Source of the DNA: Botryllus schlosseri
Lineage: Eukaryota
Direction: 5' to 3'
Assembly (NCBI GenBank): GCA_051294905.1
Contig: CM119371.1
Span: 8,806,001-8,870,000, forward strand
Length of the DNA stretch: 64,000 bases
The translations under genes were made by a program, and so were the position numbers. This document shows positions 53,133-64,000 of the stretch, piece after piece (the first letter of the stretch is position 1; each line of letters opens with the position of its first letter). The notes under the pieces are model-generated. The model saw only the letters and a list, made by a program, of their open reading frames with translations. It was not told the origin of the DNA and did not search any database.

Positions 53133-54339
53133 CAGAGGTCTCAAACACGCGGCCCGCGGGCCGCATGCAGCCCGCGACGACATTTTAGATTTTTATTAAT
53201 TTGACAAAATATAAGTGTCACATCTTTTCAGGTTATAAAGTGAAAATTCCCTCTTAAGTTGCTCCGAAAGCCTTAAACTATTCATCAAACTTCACTATCA
53301 CATCAATTGCAAACGCTACCATGCAGTGGATCCAGGGATATCTAGTTCTAGATATCCCTGAGTGGTCATTCACTATTTCGCCACATTTCCAATTCATGAT
53401 GACAAAACCGGACCCTTAGACGATTCTAGACTGAAATTTGTGAGTCGAGTCGACCTTTGTTATAATCACTCAGACTCGGGCTAACTCGATGGCAAAATGA
53501 AAATGACTCGAGTGGACTTGGAGTGACTCGGAATGTCGTAAATTTGGTAGAACCATGGACGCAACAAACTAATCGCGTATCAGGGGAATAGTAATAGATC
53601 AGAAGGTCGCAGCTTGGTATTTCGCTAACGAAGCAAGTATAGTTATGGCAAGCATTGGCAATCTGTTAGTTACATCTTTGGTCGCTAAACCATGTTATTA
53701 AGGCCACTTAAAGGTACCGAGTACCGTAGTGGTACGCTCCAACGATGTAACAGCAATGGGCCGTTCGGCGTTCCGACATTTCAATCATTAGGACACATTC
53801 ATTAATATATTTATATTATATTTATATTTTTTCTGCTCTGAAGATATTTGGCCATGAGATTAATAGCCTACTTATCAGAAGTATACCCGAATCCTGGATT
53901 GGAATTACAATGCTCAACTTGAAAATGTTTTGATATCAGATCAGTCTCTATTATCAATCTGTTGGATTCAAAATATTTATAGTAGCTGAAAATTATAACC
54001 CGATAGCTTTTATGATGGTATCATACATTTGTCCGCCCATATGGTGTCTTTATCTTATAGTTAATGTATATCAAGTATACAACAAGAATTCTATTCAAAT
54101 AGTTATAAATGTGATGATTCTTTTCGTGCCAGGCCTAAATTGATACAAACGTAAATCACATTTTAACGATGTGTGTTTACTGTCAGTCCGCTGGATCGTC
54201 TCACTTTCAATAGGAAAATTCATTCCCGCCAAATAAGGCCTACTTGGAAAGACATAGAATACCCCTATAAATGCTGCGGCCCGCGGCCTTGTAAAACTGG
54301 AAAACTGGCCCGCAAGCACATTTGAGTTTGAGACCTCTG
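53133..54339 (+). mobile_element. Family I MITE, specific to unit 1
   Basis: Perfect TSD CACTAAAT; empty site at ~61084 in unit 2. Confidence 0.92.
53333..53360. mobile_element. 28-bp perfect hairpin insertion with hAT-like CAGGG...CCCTG ends
   Basis: CAGGGATATCTAG-TT-CTAGATATCCCTG; flanks agtggatc / agtggtca; absent from the 44560 paralog. Confidence 0.6.
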
Positions 54340-54353
54340 CACTAAATAATTAA

Positions 54354-54941
54354 CCATAGTGTCCCATATGGTGTCGACGCAGGCAAATCTCACGCCTCAG
54401 TGAAATTGCATCACGTCACAAATTCCATTTGGCTACAGGCAATTTGACGGTCATTTTTGACCGGCTTGCCGAGCACTAATTTTGGTAAAACGGGTATGAA
54501 TCAAAGCTGACTCTGCACTGATTACGAAAATGTAAATTTCATTCCGCTCGTGACCCTGGAACTCCCTCAATCAGCCTCGAATTTTTCATTGTTATGGATA
54601 TTGGCATTGAGACGCAACAATGCTGTCTGGCTCTTTTTCTCTTGAGCTACTCTCTCGTTTCGACAGACAGCATTGTTGCGTCCCAATGCCAATCTCCATA
54701 ACAATGAAAAATTTGAGGCTGATTGTGGGAGTTCCAGGGCCACGAGCGGAATAAAATTTATATTTTCGTAATCAGTGCAGAGTCAGCTTTCGATTGATAC
54801 CCGTTTTACCAAATTTAATGGTCGGCAAGCCGGTCAAAAATGACCGTCAAATTTCCTGTAGCCAAATGGAAATTGTGACGTGATACAATTTCACTGAGGC
54901 GTGAGATTTGCCTGTGTCGACAACATATAGGACAATATGAT
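54354..54941. mobile_element. Fold-back MITE with ~275-bp arms and TTAA TSD (piggyBac-like), specific to unit 1
   Basis: 54354-~54629 is a near-perfect reverse complement of ~54664-54941; TTAA on both sides; single TTAA at the empty site ~61093. Confidence 0.88.
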
Positions 54942-55312
54942 TTAACCATATGCTAACATCCATTTTGCGGCGATTTACAATGACGTGATGGTTCAATGCG
55001 TTTCCCTCGATTGTCACCATTAGTAATTGATGTCTGGAATCGTCACCAAATTCAGAGATTTGAAGTGATGAGTTTCCAAGCACATAATGAACGAAAAATT
55101 GGATAGGTATTAACGGAAGATCTAACTTTTACCGGACTTAGGTACGACCAGAATACCGGACTTAGGATCGATCAGAAAAGATCTTCGAGTTCAAAACGAC
55201 TGGTGCGAGCAGCAGTGCTCGAATAAGTGCTTACTTGGTCAATAATTTAGCTTATAATCTTATGCGTCCCATATTGATATTTGGTAGCCTCCGATTACCT
55301 ATTGCCTTCCAT

Positions 55313-55884
55313 CAGGATTGTAACCAAGTCACAAGGCTCCGAGTCACAAGTCAACCTCACTTTTTTTTTAGTTTTGACTCGAGTCAAGTCGGGTCATTTT
55401 TATTTCACCACCGAGTCAAGTCCGAGTCCAAGTCATCGAGCAGAGGGTCGAGTACGAGTCCAAGTCATGATGATGACTGCTCAGTTGCCAGTTAAAGTCT
55501 TTAAAGTCACTTTTTATAACTATGTTTGGTGATATCGAATGTTGCGCATTTATAATATACTAATTTGCTTCACTTTTTGCAGTTTCTGGTCGCATTTTTA
55601 AGTACCAGTACCAATAGACGAAATCCCAAGAGGGTGGTTACTTTACAATTCTTCGAAATTACAATGAAATGTCGGTCCTGGCCGACGGAGTCTCGAGTCA
55701 TATGGCTTGGATCGATTCATGCGCAATGACCCGTGTACAAGTCGAGTCAATACACAGATAGACTGGAGTCCAGTCGAGTCATTTCCGTATTTTGAAAAAA
55801 TGACTCTAGTCAAGTCGAGTCATCAGAAAATCGGGACTCTAGTCGGACTCGAGTCGAGTCATGACTCGAGTTATTTCCACCTTG
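55313..55884. mobile_element. Family K MITE, shared by both duplication units
   Basis: TSD CCTTCCAT on both sides; GACTCGAGTC repeats. Confidence 0.85.
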
Positions 55885-55991
55885 CCTTCCATGTCATTCA
55901 AGCATACGTTTATACGAAATAAGGTTGGAGGAGCAAAGCTATTTATTATATCACCAAGGATAGCGTGCCTCACAAAGTTTGGGATCCAGTG

Positions 55992-56686
55992 TAAGGATGG
56001 TGTGTACGTGCTCTTCACGTTCGCGTTCTGTGTGTGAACCTCACAAATTTAGAGGTCCACGTTCACAAATGAACTTTGGTAGGTTCTGCACTGCGAACCC
56101 TATCCATATATTACAATTTTCATTTCATTTCATCATCTTTGGTTGAAATGTATTGCATTTCAACTGCGGGCCACTCTATGCAGGGCGCTGGCAGCATAAA
56201 ATAAATCAACACTAAACGAGCAAGCACCTTGAAAATCTCAAAAAAAAAAAGATTACTTGCTTTGTTACAGGTTTGCTCAGAATATCCAGCTTTCCGTTTG
56301 TGTATATTTAGTGACTATCTACTGTGAGCTTGACCCGGAATCGCCTTACATCAAGAGCGAAATACACTACTGGTATAAATGTATGTAGTCAGCGGATGAT
56401 GCTTATTCAACCCATCAATGAAATTGATATCGTTGTCTGATGTAAAATATCTAGCAGGCGTACGGGTTCAATCTTGACTTCATATTTTTATTGTATCATA
56501 AAAACCAAATCCTTGGGAATGGGATGTTGGCAACTGATGTATAACGCTTTATTGGGGTAATACCGGTAGCAAGTATAGAAACCCGTTTAACACTCTGCTC
56601 AGTATCAATGTAGCAATCCTCGGACGTCGAATACATTGTCCGGTCTGGCATGGACCGTTAAGGCATAAGCTTATATTCCCTTGCAA
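55992..56686 (+). mobile_element. Family A MITE, 3'-truncated at the end of unit 1
   Basis: taaggatggtgtgtacgtg... colinear with 14138 until ...ttatattcccttgcaag. Confidence 0.8.
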
Positions 56687-57183
56687 GAAGGGCTGTGGAG
56701 TCGGTAAGTGTTACAACCGACTCCGAACCAAATCTGTTACATCGAATGAACAGCACATCGTTTAGCGTCGAAGTGATGAACCAAAACGTATCAGCATCTA
56801 AAGTTAGCGATACCGAGTACACAGTCGCTTGAACTCGTAATTTGGGGTCGCTTGTCAATACGCTATTTTAATGTTCCCATAACATTCCACGTATCTTTCT
56901 CGCTGTGCTGCCGATTTACAATATTACAGATCTACATTTGACGTATGATGACTTTCTCTTTGCAATAAAGACATTGTGTAACAATTACATATGTTCTAAT
57001 ATTGCCATCAATGGCGCATAAGAGACGAATAACGGACGTTGACCATAATAAAGGTAAATCTGGCTTGGCAACCAAGCCAAAGTGTTTAGGGTAGTTCAAA
57101 TTTCTTCGAAAGTAAGCCTTGAGCATAACCTACGAGTATATAGCTGGATTTTGCCATCTGACCAGGTATCATGCACTAGAAAC

Positions 57184-58327
57184 CAGTGTTGGGATAACTC
57201 GAGTCATGACTTGACTCGAGTCAGACTCGAGTCACCTTTTTCGTATGACATGACTTGACTCGAGTCGCTTTGCAAAAATGACTTGAGCCTCCATTGTTAC
57301 ATCACTAATGAATTGATCGTTAACGCAGTGATCGGAGCTTATAGCTTACGTTTTCGTAAACTTGCACACCTCAACCAACCGTTTTGCGTGCTTTAAATCG
57401 AACGAATATAGTCCCTACGTTTATAATTGTATATCATGGATATGTATGTGGGTAGGGTATTGCTCCATATCATTTTATTGAACTTTCTGATGCGTCATAT
57501 GCTATCCTATATTGTGGCCGATAATTATAGATCAGGGGTGGGCAGAGCTGCTTCACGCGCGAGCCGCATATCAAAAATCGTTGCCTCAAAAATTTATATA
57601 TTCTAATTTATTCCGTCACACGGAAATGTTGGGTATCGAATGAAGTTTAATATTGTGTGGTATAAGACGATGCGTCTCCACTCTCCACCTAGGCTGCAAG
57701 GTGTTTGAAATCGGGCTGATATGACGTCAAACAGTGCGGAGCTCGGTAATCATAATACTTCGTAAATATGTCTTTTTGGGTAACTCTTGGCAATTAAGGT
57801 TTTCGTGTTTAGTTTCGTAATGACGTTTGAATTCTAGCTTTGTGATTATTATTGGGCGAATCTTGACGGAAAAGGCACAGTGGCTTACGGTCATTATCAC
57901 CGAATGCACATTGCACAGTGCACACTGCACACTCATAGAAGAGCCGAAATCAAAGACTCAAAGATCAGCATGCGGCTCGCGAGTCGCAATTTTCCCACCC
58001 CTGTTATAAACTGAAGCTATACCGCTATACTTGCGTAGTTTGACATTTCTACGTATGCATGAGCGATAGAGCGCATTCTTGCGTGTATAATCAACTATTT
58101 CTTCGTTCCTCGATTCAAAATAAATGGGGACCCGATCTGTATTTAAAACAGTTAGCAAAATGCAATGACCTTGAATCACGTATCGTACTTTGAAGATTCA
58201 ACTTGACTCGACTCGACTCGAGTCACCTCCAAAAATCGGGTGACTTGACTTGACTCGAGTCACCTTTGAAAATCGAGTGACTTGACTTGACTCGTGACTC
58301 GAAGGTAGTGAATTGATCCCAACACTG
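57184..58327 (+). mobile_element. Family J MITE, specific to unit 2
   Basis: cagtgttgggat / atcccaacactg; perfect TSD CTAGAAAC; empty site at 50032-50039. Confidence 0.92.
57533..58003 (-). mobile_element. hAT derivative nested in family J, with N-terminal transposase remnant
   Basis: caggggtgggca / ttcccacccctg; flanks ttatagat / ttataaac; minus-strand KPLCLF../..FKRHYETKHENL. Confidence 0.75.
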
Positions 58328-59369
58328 CTAGAAACATACAGTATATCTTTTGACACCCTGAGTAGATACAGCTGTAAATGAGTAAGGCATACATGACGCG
58401 CGAGATAGTTACAGTCTACTAGTCTAGATTGGTTATTTATCTATTACTTATCGGGCAACAGTACCGCAAAAGAAAATCATGATATTACCTGGATTAATTA
58501 TGGTCGATGTTATAAGAAGTATGGAATTTATTATTGGCTGTGCAATGAATCATTAATTGGAAAACTGATTTACACCTTATCCTAGGGTTACCATACTTCC
58601 TCCTCCTTTTTGAGGTTTTTGAAAATGTCCTCCGAGGACGTCTATATATCCTCATTTTTGGCAATTTGTCCTCCATTACAGCTTTTAGAACTAAGATAGG
58701 GGTCAGATTCGAGTTAAAACGGGCATAAATGACGGTAAATAAGAAATTCGTCGTCCGAACGTAAGTGACGACCTTTTTTCAACCAACGGATAAATGTAAA
58801 AGGAAACTGTAATTGGGTGGGGGTTTGAGCCGGAAAGTTGACCTTATTTTCAGTCAACCGATTTCAAAGTGGGAAAATTTTACTAATTTTTTCGTATTTA
58901 CTGTACTCCTTTCCCGATTCCAAAATATGGTAACCCTAGCGTATACCTTATCCTATTAACATTTCATTATCAACTTTCGGTTGTTGGTCAACCTTCTATT
59001 ACTCAATCATGTTCACATGATAAGGATGCTATTGAGATTCAATAATTACATCTACTTCCTTCGCCGCAAACATTAATTGTGAATTGATAACAGGTCGCAC
59101 ATTGCGCCATAAAATTTTCTTACAGCTAGACTAGACAGACAACAATGTATTCTTGTCCGGCCATATCAGTTAATCACCAAGTAGCAAATAGAACATGCAC
59201 TAGGCATTATCTCAATGAGCTCAAATGGAAAGCGGCCACAGAATTCAACAAAAATCAAAGTAAGCTCGATGGTCATTGCAAAGTCATAAGTTAACATGAT
59301 GTAGATTGGCTCACATATACTGAGAAGTTGTCGAGGTGAATACAGCGAAACGTACTTAGAGAAGGCGAG

Positions 59370-60349
59370 ATGAAAGACATCGTGGTTCTTGCTCTGCAAA
59401 CGGCTGGCATCGCACATGAGCCTAATAGCTCTATACCCGATACAATTAAGCATGTACTTCGCGAAAAACAACGAAGACAAAACAACGCGGAATCAAATAT
59501 TTCTCGAAAAAGGAAACTGCCGCCGAATTTTGGTCATGAGACAAAGTATTTTACCGATAATGAAAAGGTCAGCGGTAAAAAGAGGAAATTGAACAATACC
59601 AGCATATCCTGTCTGGAGGAACGCGAGATCCCAGAACAGGACAGCGGTAGAACGCTCGTTCGACACGACAGTGGCAAGAGGAAAACACTGAATTCGAATT
59701 CACAATTCAGTGAAAAGGCATGTTGCAGAGAAGATTCCGAGACCCCCGATGAGGTCATCGTTGCTGCCAGGAAAATTGCCTTGTTCGCTTACGAGAATGA
59801 TAAGTGGATAAACGTTTCACATAAGAAGGAAACCATCCCAAGTACCCGAAGCGAGCTTTACGAAGTGTCAACGTTTAAATCATCCCCGTTGATGTCTACA
59901 TCTGAACGATTCATTACCACGGCTGTCGTTCGCTGTCGAAACGATTTGTCACAAGTGACACGTCAAGTGCGAATGCATATGAATCCACATTGGAGTACAG
60001 GTCGGCATCAAAATATTTAGTAAGGGATAATGAGAAAATGGATAAATCTGAATTGGTTTTCAATAAGTGTAAAACAACGCCTATCATGGAATACAAAGAA
60101 GCGGGGTCGGTGGAAATCAATGCCACCCACGCCATATTGGTTCCTCCTGTGCCACTAAACTGGTGTTCCAGGTTGTTAAGATTGCGATCGAGATTATCAA
60201 GAATTACAAACATTGAAAGTCTCTTCGAAATATCTCGAATAGTCATGCAATCATTCGGCAAGACTGATGTGGAAAATGACTTGACTTTTGACCTCCGCGA
60301 TCTTGACAATGAGGCGATCAGGCATATTGAACTTGTGTTGGATTTATGA
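59370..60349 (+). pseudogene. AF9/ENL-like (AHD/ET domain) gene, copy 2, one frameshift
   Basis: Paralog of 51105-52090; open through the copy-1 stop but has a net 4-nt loss near 59935 (cgctgtcgaaacg vs cgcacggcgaagaaacg). Confidence 0.7.
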
Positions 60350-61477
60350 AAATCCTAAACTTTGAATGCAACGTGAGTAGCAGAGAATTCGAACGGAGAT
60401 AGATCATTTTGTTAATGTGTAAAACATAGCTAGTCATGTCACCTGAAATTCAAAACTGCATGCGACTACACATGTTCCATTACGACGATTGCTGCTATGT
60501 TGATCAGTCCACGAATAATTTTAATATGAATTGTAAGTATTTTGCAGCGTTCCAATGCATTGCGCATCGGATATTATCTGAACTATTGTTTGAGTGTAAT
60601 TTTTTTTTATATACCTTCTTTGTGATTTGTTTAATTGATATTTTGTGTGTTACCACCCCAATATGATTGCTACGTTCGTGTTTATCGTTTTATTATGTTG
60701 CATTTCAATATTATTTTTTCGCTGCAATTCAGACCTATCTAAATTTGCAGTTTGACGCTGTAGAAATCCGCAGTCAATATAGATTTTTCAGTCACGATGG
60801 CAGAATAGGGAGATGCTTGGTAACCGCGAATGTTCAAGTTCTTCAGTAACTGGCAGTGAGAGGAGAATCTATTCCAGCACATTCATCCTTATTATAAATG
60901 CTTTGAAAATGCATGACCGTCGATCAGATAAAACATTTATCAAATATTCCCTACATTTTAATCATATGAAGAGAAACCGCATAAATCGTTTCTGCATAAC
61001 ATTTACACAGAGATACAAAGTTTTTTATCGTCAATTTCGAATACTCAATGTAATATACGATACCTATTTTTATAACTGATACCCACTAAATATTAACTCA
61101 TATGCTAACATCCATTTTGCGGCGATTTACAATGACGTGTGGTTCAACGCGTTTCCCTCGATTGTCATCATTAGTAATTGGTCTCTGGAATCGTCACCAA
61201 ATTCAGAGATTTTAAAAATCAATATAGAGTGTTGAGTTTCCAAGCACATAATGAACGAAGAATTGGATGGGTATTTAACGGAAAATCTAACTTATACCGT
61301 ACTTAGGAACGACCAGAGTAGCGGACTTAGGAACGACCAGAAAAGCTATCCGAGGTCAAAACGACTGGTGCGGGAAGCAGTGCCCGAATAAGTGCTGACT
61401 TGGTCAATAATTTATCTTATATTCTTATGCGTCCCATATTGATTTTTGGTAGCCTCCGATTACCTATTGCCTTCCAT

Positions 61478-62072
61478 CATGATTGTAACCACGTCACAAG
61501 GCTCCGAGTCACAAGTCAATCTCACTTTTTTAGTTTTGACTCGAGTCAAGTCGGGTCATTTTTATTTCACCACCGAGTCAAGTCCGAGTCCAAGTCATCG
61601 AGCAGACGGTCGAGTCCGAGTCTTGGTATGATGACTCGAGTCCGAGTCCAAGTCATGATGTTGACTGCTCAGTTTCCAGTTAAAGTCTTCAAAGTCACTT
61701 CTTATTACTATGTTTGTTGATATAGAATGTTTCGTATTTATAATATACTAATTTTCCTGACTTTTTGCAGTTTCTGGTCGCATTTCTAAGTACTAGTACC
61801 AATAGACGAAATCCCAAGAGGGTGGTTTCCTTACAATTCTTCGAAATTACAATGAAATGTCGGTCTTGGCCGACGGAGTCTAGAGTCATATGGCTTGGAT
61901 CGAGTCATGCGAAATGACTCGAGTACAAGTCGAGTCAATACACATATAGACTCGAGACGAGTCGGGTCATTTCCGTATTTTGAAAAAATGACTCGAGTCA
62001 AGTCGAGTCTTCAGAAAATCGTGACTCTAGTCGGACTCGAGTCGAGTCATGACACAAGTTATTACAACCCTG
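61478..62072. mobile_element. Family K MITE, unit 2 copy
   Basis: catgattgtaacc ... ttattacaaccctg; TSD CCTTCCAT. Confidence 0.85.
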
Positions 62073-62180
62073 CCTTCCATGTCATGCAAGTATACGTTTA
62101 CACGACAATAAGGTTGGAGGAGCAAAGTTATTTACTATATCATCAAGGATAGCGTGCCTCACAAAGTTTGGGATCCAGTG

Positions 62181-62732
62181 AAGGGATGGTGTGAACGTGA
62201 TCTTCACGGTCGCGTTCTGGGTGTGAACCTCACAAATTTAGAGGTTCACGTTCACTAACTAACCTATGTAGGTTCTGCACTGTGAACCCTATTCATATAT
62301 TACAATTTTTATTTCAGTCCATCGTCTTTGGTTAAAAATTTATTGCATTTCAACTGCGGGCCATTCTATGCATGGCGCTGGCAGCATAAAATAAATCAAC
62401 ACTAAACGGGCAAGCACCTTGACAATCTCCTAAAAATTACTTGCTTTGTTACAAAGGTTTGCTCGGAATATCCATTTTTCCGTTTGTGTATATATAGTGA
62501 CTCTCTGCTGTGAACTTGACCCGCAATCGCCTTATATCGAGAGCGAAATACACTACTGGTATCGATGTAGTTAGTCAGCGGATGATGCTTATTCAAGCCA
62601 TCAATAAAATTGATATTGCTATCTGATTTAAAAAATCTGACAGGCGTACGGGTTCAATCTTCACTTCATAATTTCATTGTATCATAACAACCAAATCCAT
62701 GCGAATGGGATGTTGGCTACTGATGCATAACA
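62181..62732 (+). mobile_element. Family A MITE, 3'-truncated, unit 2 copy
   Basis: aagggatggtgtgaacgtg... colinear with 55992 onward. Confidence 0.8.
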
Positions 62733-62734
62733 AG

Positions 62735-63330
62735 AAATATGTGGAAGAGGACTTTACTTTTGATCTACGCGATCTTGGGAATGAGGCGTATTGAACATGT
62801 GTTCGATTTATGAAAATGGGTAACTTTGAATGGGAAGTCAGTAGCAGCCCGTTCGAATGGAGATACGTCATCTTGTTATTGTGTAGATTATCGCTATTCA
62901 TGTCACTGGTAACTGAAAACTGCATACGACGACACTTGTTCCTAGACGACGATGCCTTCTATGTCGTTCAGTCCACGGACAATTTTAAGAATGTTTTGTG
63001 GCGTTCAAGTACATTGCGCATTGGATTTGATCTGACTATTTATTGAGTGTAAGTGTTTTTTATTATAATATTTGCCTTGATTGTGATTTATTTAAATGGT
63101 AATTCGTATGACACCACAACAATATGATAACTTCGTGTTTTCCGTTTTATTTTATTGTATTTCAATAATCATATCTCGCCATAATTCAAACATGTCGGAA
63201 TGCCCAGTTTGATGCTGTGGATAGCCGCGCAGTCATTAGCATCCACAGACACGGTGACATAATAGACATACGTTACGAAACGGGGAGAGTTTCAGGTTGT
63301 TCAGCAACTGGCAGGGAGCGGCGAATCAAT
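62735..63330 (+). pseudogene. Third, more diverged fragment of the AHD gene 3' end and downstream region
   Basis: YVEEDFTFDLRDLGNEA followed by sequence homologous to 52090-52430 and 52800-52910. Confidence 0.7.
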
Positions 63331-63534
63331 ACGCATGGACACAACGAATATCTGGATATATTTCGGAATCTAGCATCTAAAGCTAACCTTTAACAATTCG
63401 ACTGGGGTATGGAAGATCGGTTGTGCAATGTTTACTATTCTAAACAGCAACCCGGTATTAAAATTTGAAAATATGTTCCTACACGCAGATTAAGTATCTC
63501 CGATAACAAGGTATTTTTTTCTCTGGAACACTAG

Positions 63535-63985
63535 ACCTGAAAATATTGTGAACCTTCAGAAATTTATAGGTTCAAGTCGAACCACTATAGGTTCTGCATT
63601 GTTAATAGTTTTCATATATTACACTTTTTCAAGTCATTAAAACATCTTTGGTTGAGATTCTTTCCATTTCAACTTCGAGCCACTCTATATTCATGGCGCT
63701 GGCAGCATAAACAAAATCAATACCAAACGAACATGCACCTGCTTTGTTACAAACGTTTGCTCCAAATATTCAGCTTTCATTTTGTAAATATTTTATTGAC
63801 TCTCTACTGTGAGCTGGGCCAGTAATCACACAACATCATGAGCGAAATTTGTTAGATGTAGGACGTAGGTAGTTCGCGAATGATGCTCATTCAACCAATC
63901 AATAAAATTGATTAAAAATAATACATCGTTGTCTAATGTAAAAATCCAGCAGACTTATGGGATCGATCTTGATTTTATATGTTGG
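63535..63985 (+). mobile_element. Degenerate family A MITE fragment
   Basis: gtgaaccttcagaaatttataggttc...catggcgctggcagcataaa...cattcaaccaatcaataaaattga, colinear with family A. Confidence 0.7.
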
Positions 63986-64000
63986 GGTGATAACTATTGT

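Larger units (their letters stand above)
49668..56686 (+). repeat. Tandem segmental duplication, unit 1
   Basis: Colinear with 56830-62730 throughout, apart from copy-specific insertions. Confidence 0.9.
56830..62730 (+). repeat. Tandem segmental duplication, unit 2
   Basis: Begins aactcgtaatttggggtcgcttgtcaatacgc, matching 49671; colinear with unit 1. Confidence 0.9.

Noticed and set aside
1..64000. Prokaryotic-type systems (operons, CRISPR-Cas, defence islands)
   Set aside because: Very low coding density, MITEs, a SINE, a eukaryotic tRNAi body and a GPCR indicate animal nuclear DNA.

Overview
Eukaryotic, AT-rich animal genomic DNA. An invertebrate such as a tunicate is my guess from the repeat style and is not demonstrable here. 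The window is gene-poor and dominated by nested non-autonomous DNA transposons: about 25 hAT-type MITEs or deletion derivatives, many with perfect 8-bp target-site duplications (TSDs). It also holds a long-TIR ISL2EU/Harbinger-like element, a TTAA-flanked fold-back MITE, Chapaev3, P-like and Penelope-like remnants, and a tRNA-derived SINE. The only clearly intact long ORF is an intronless, divergent class A GPCR (48084-49088). The 3' part of the window is a tandem segmental duplication carrying two complementarily disrupted copies, plus a third fragment, of a gene ending in an AF9/ENL-type AHD/ET domain. Four observations stand out: (1) an initiator-tRNA body with all stems intact but a Thr anticodon loop (CUAGUAA) at 5452-5523; (2) up to four decayed LRR-(TM)-TIR, Toll-like-receptor-like remnants in the first 33 kb; (3) the AHD gene pair, whose lesions complement each other; (4) a 28-bp all-TIR mini-transposon. 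All family assignments come from recalled motifs and manual translation, not database searches.
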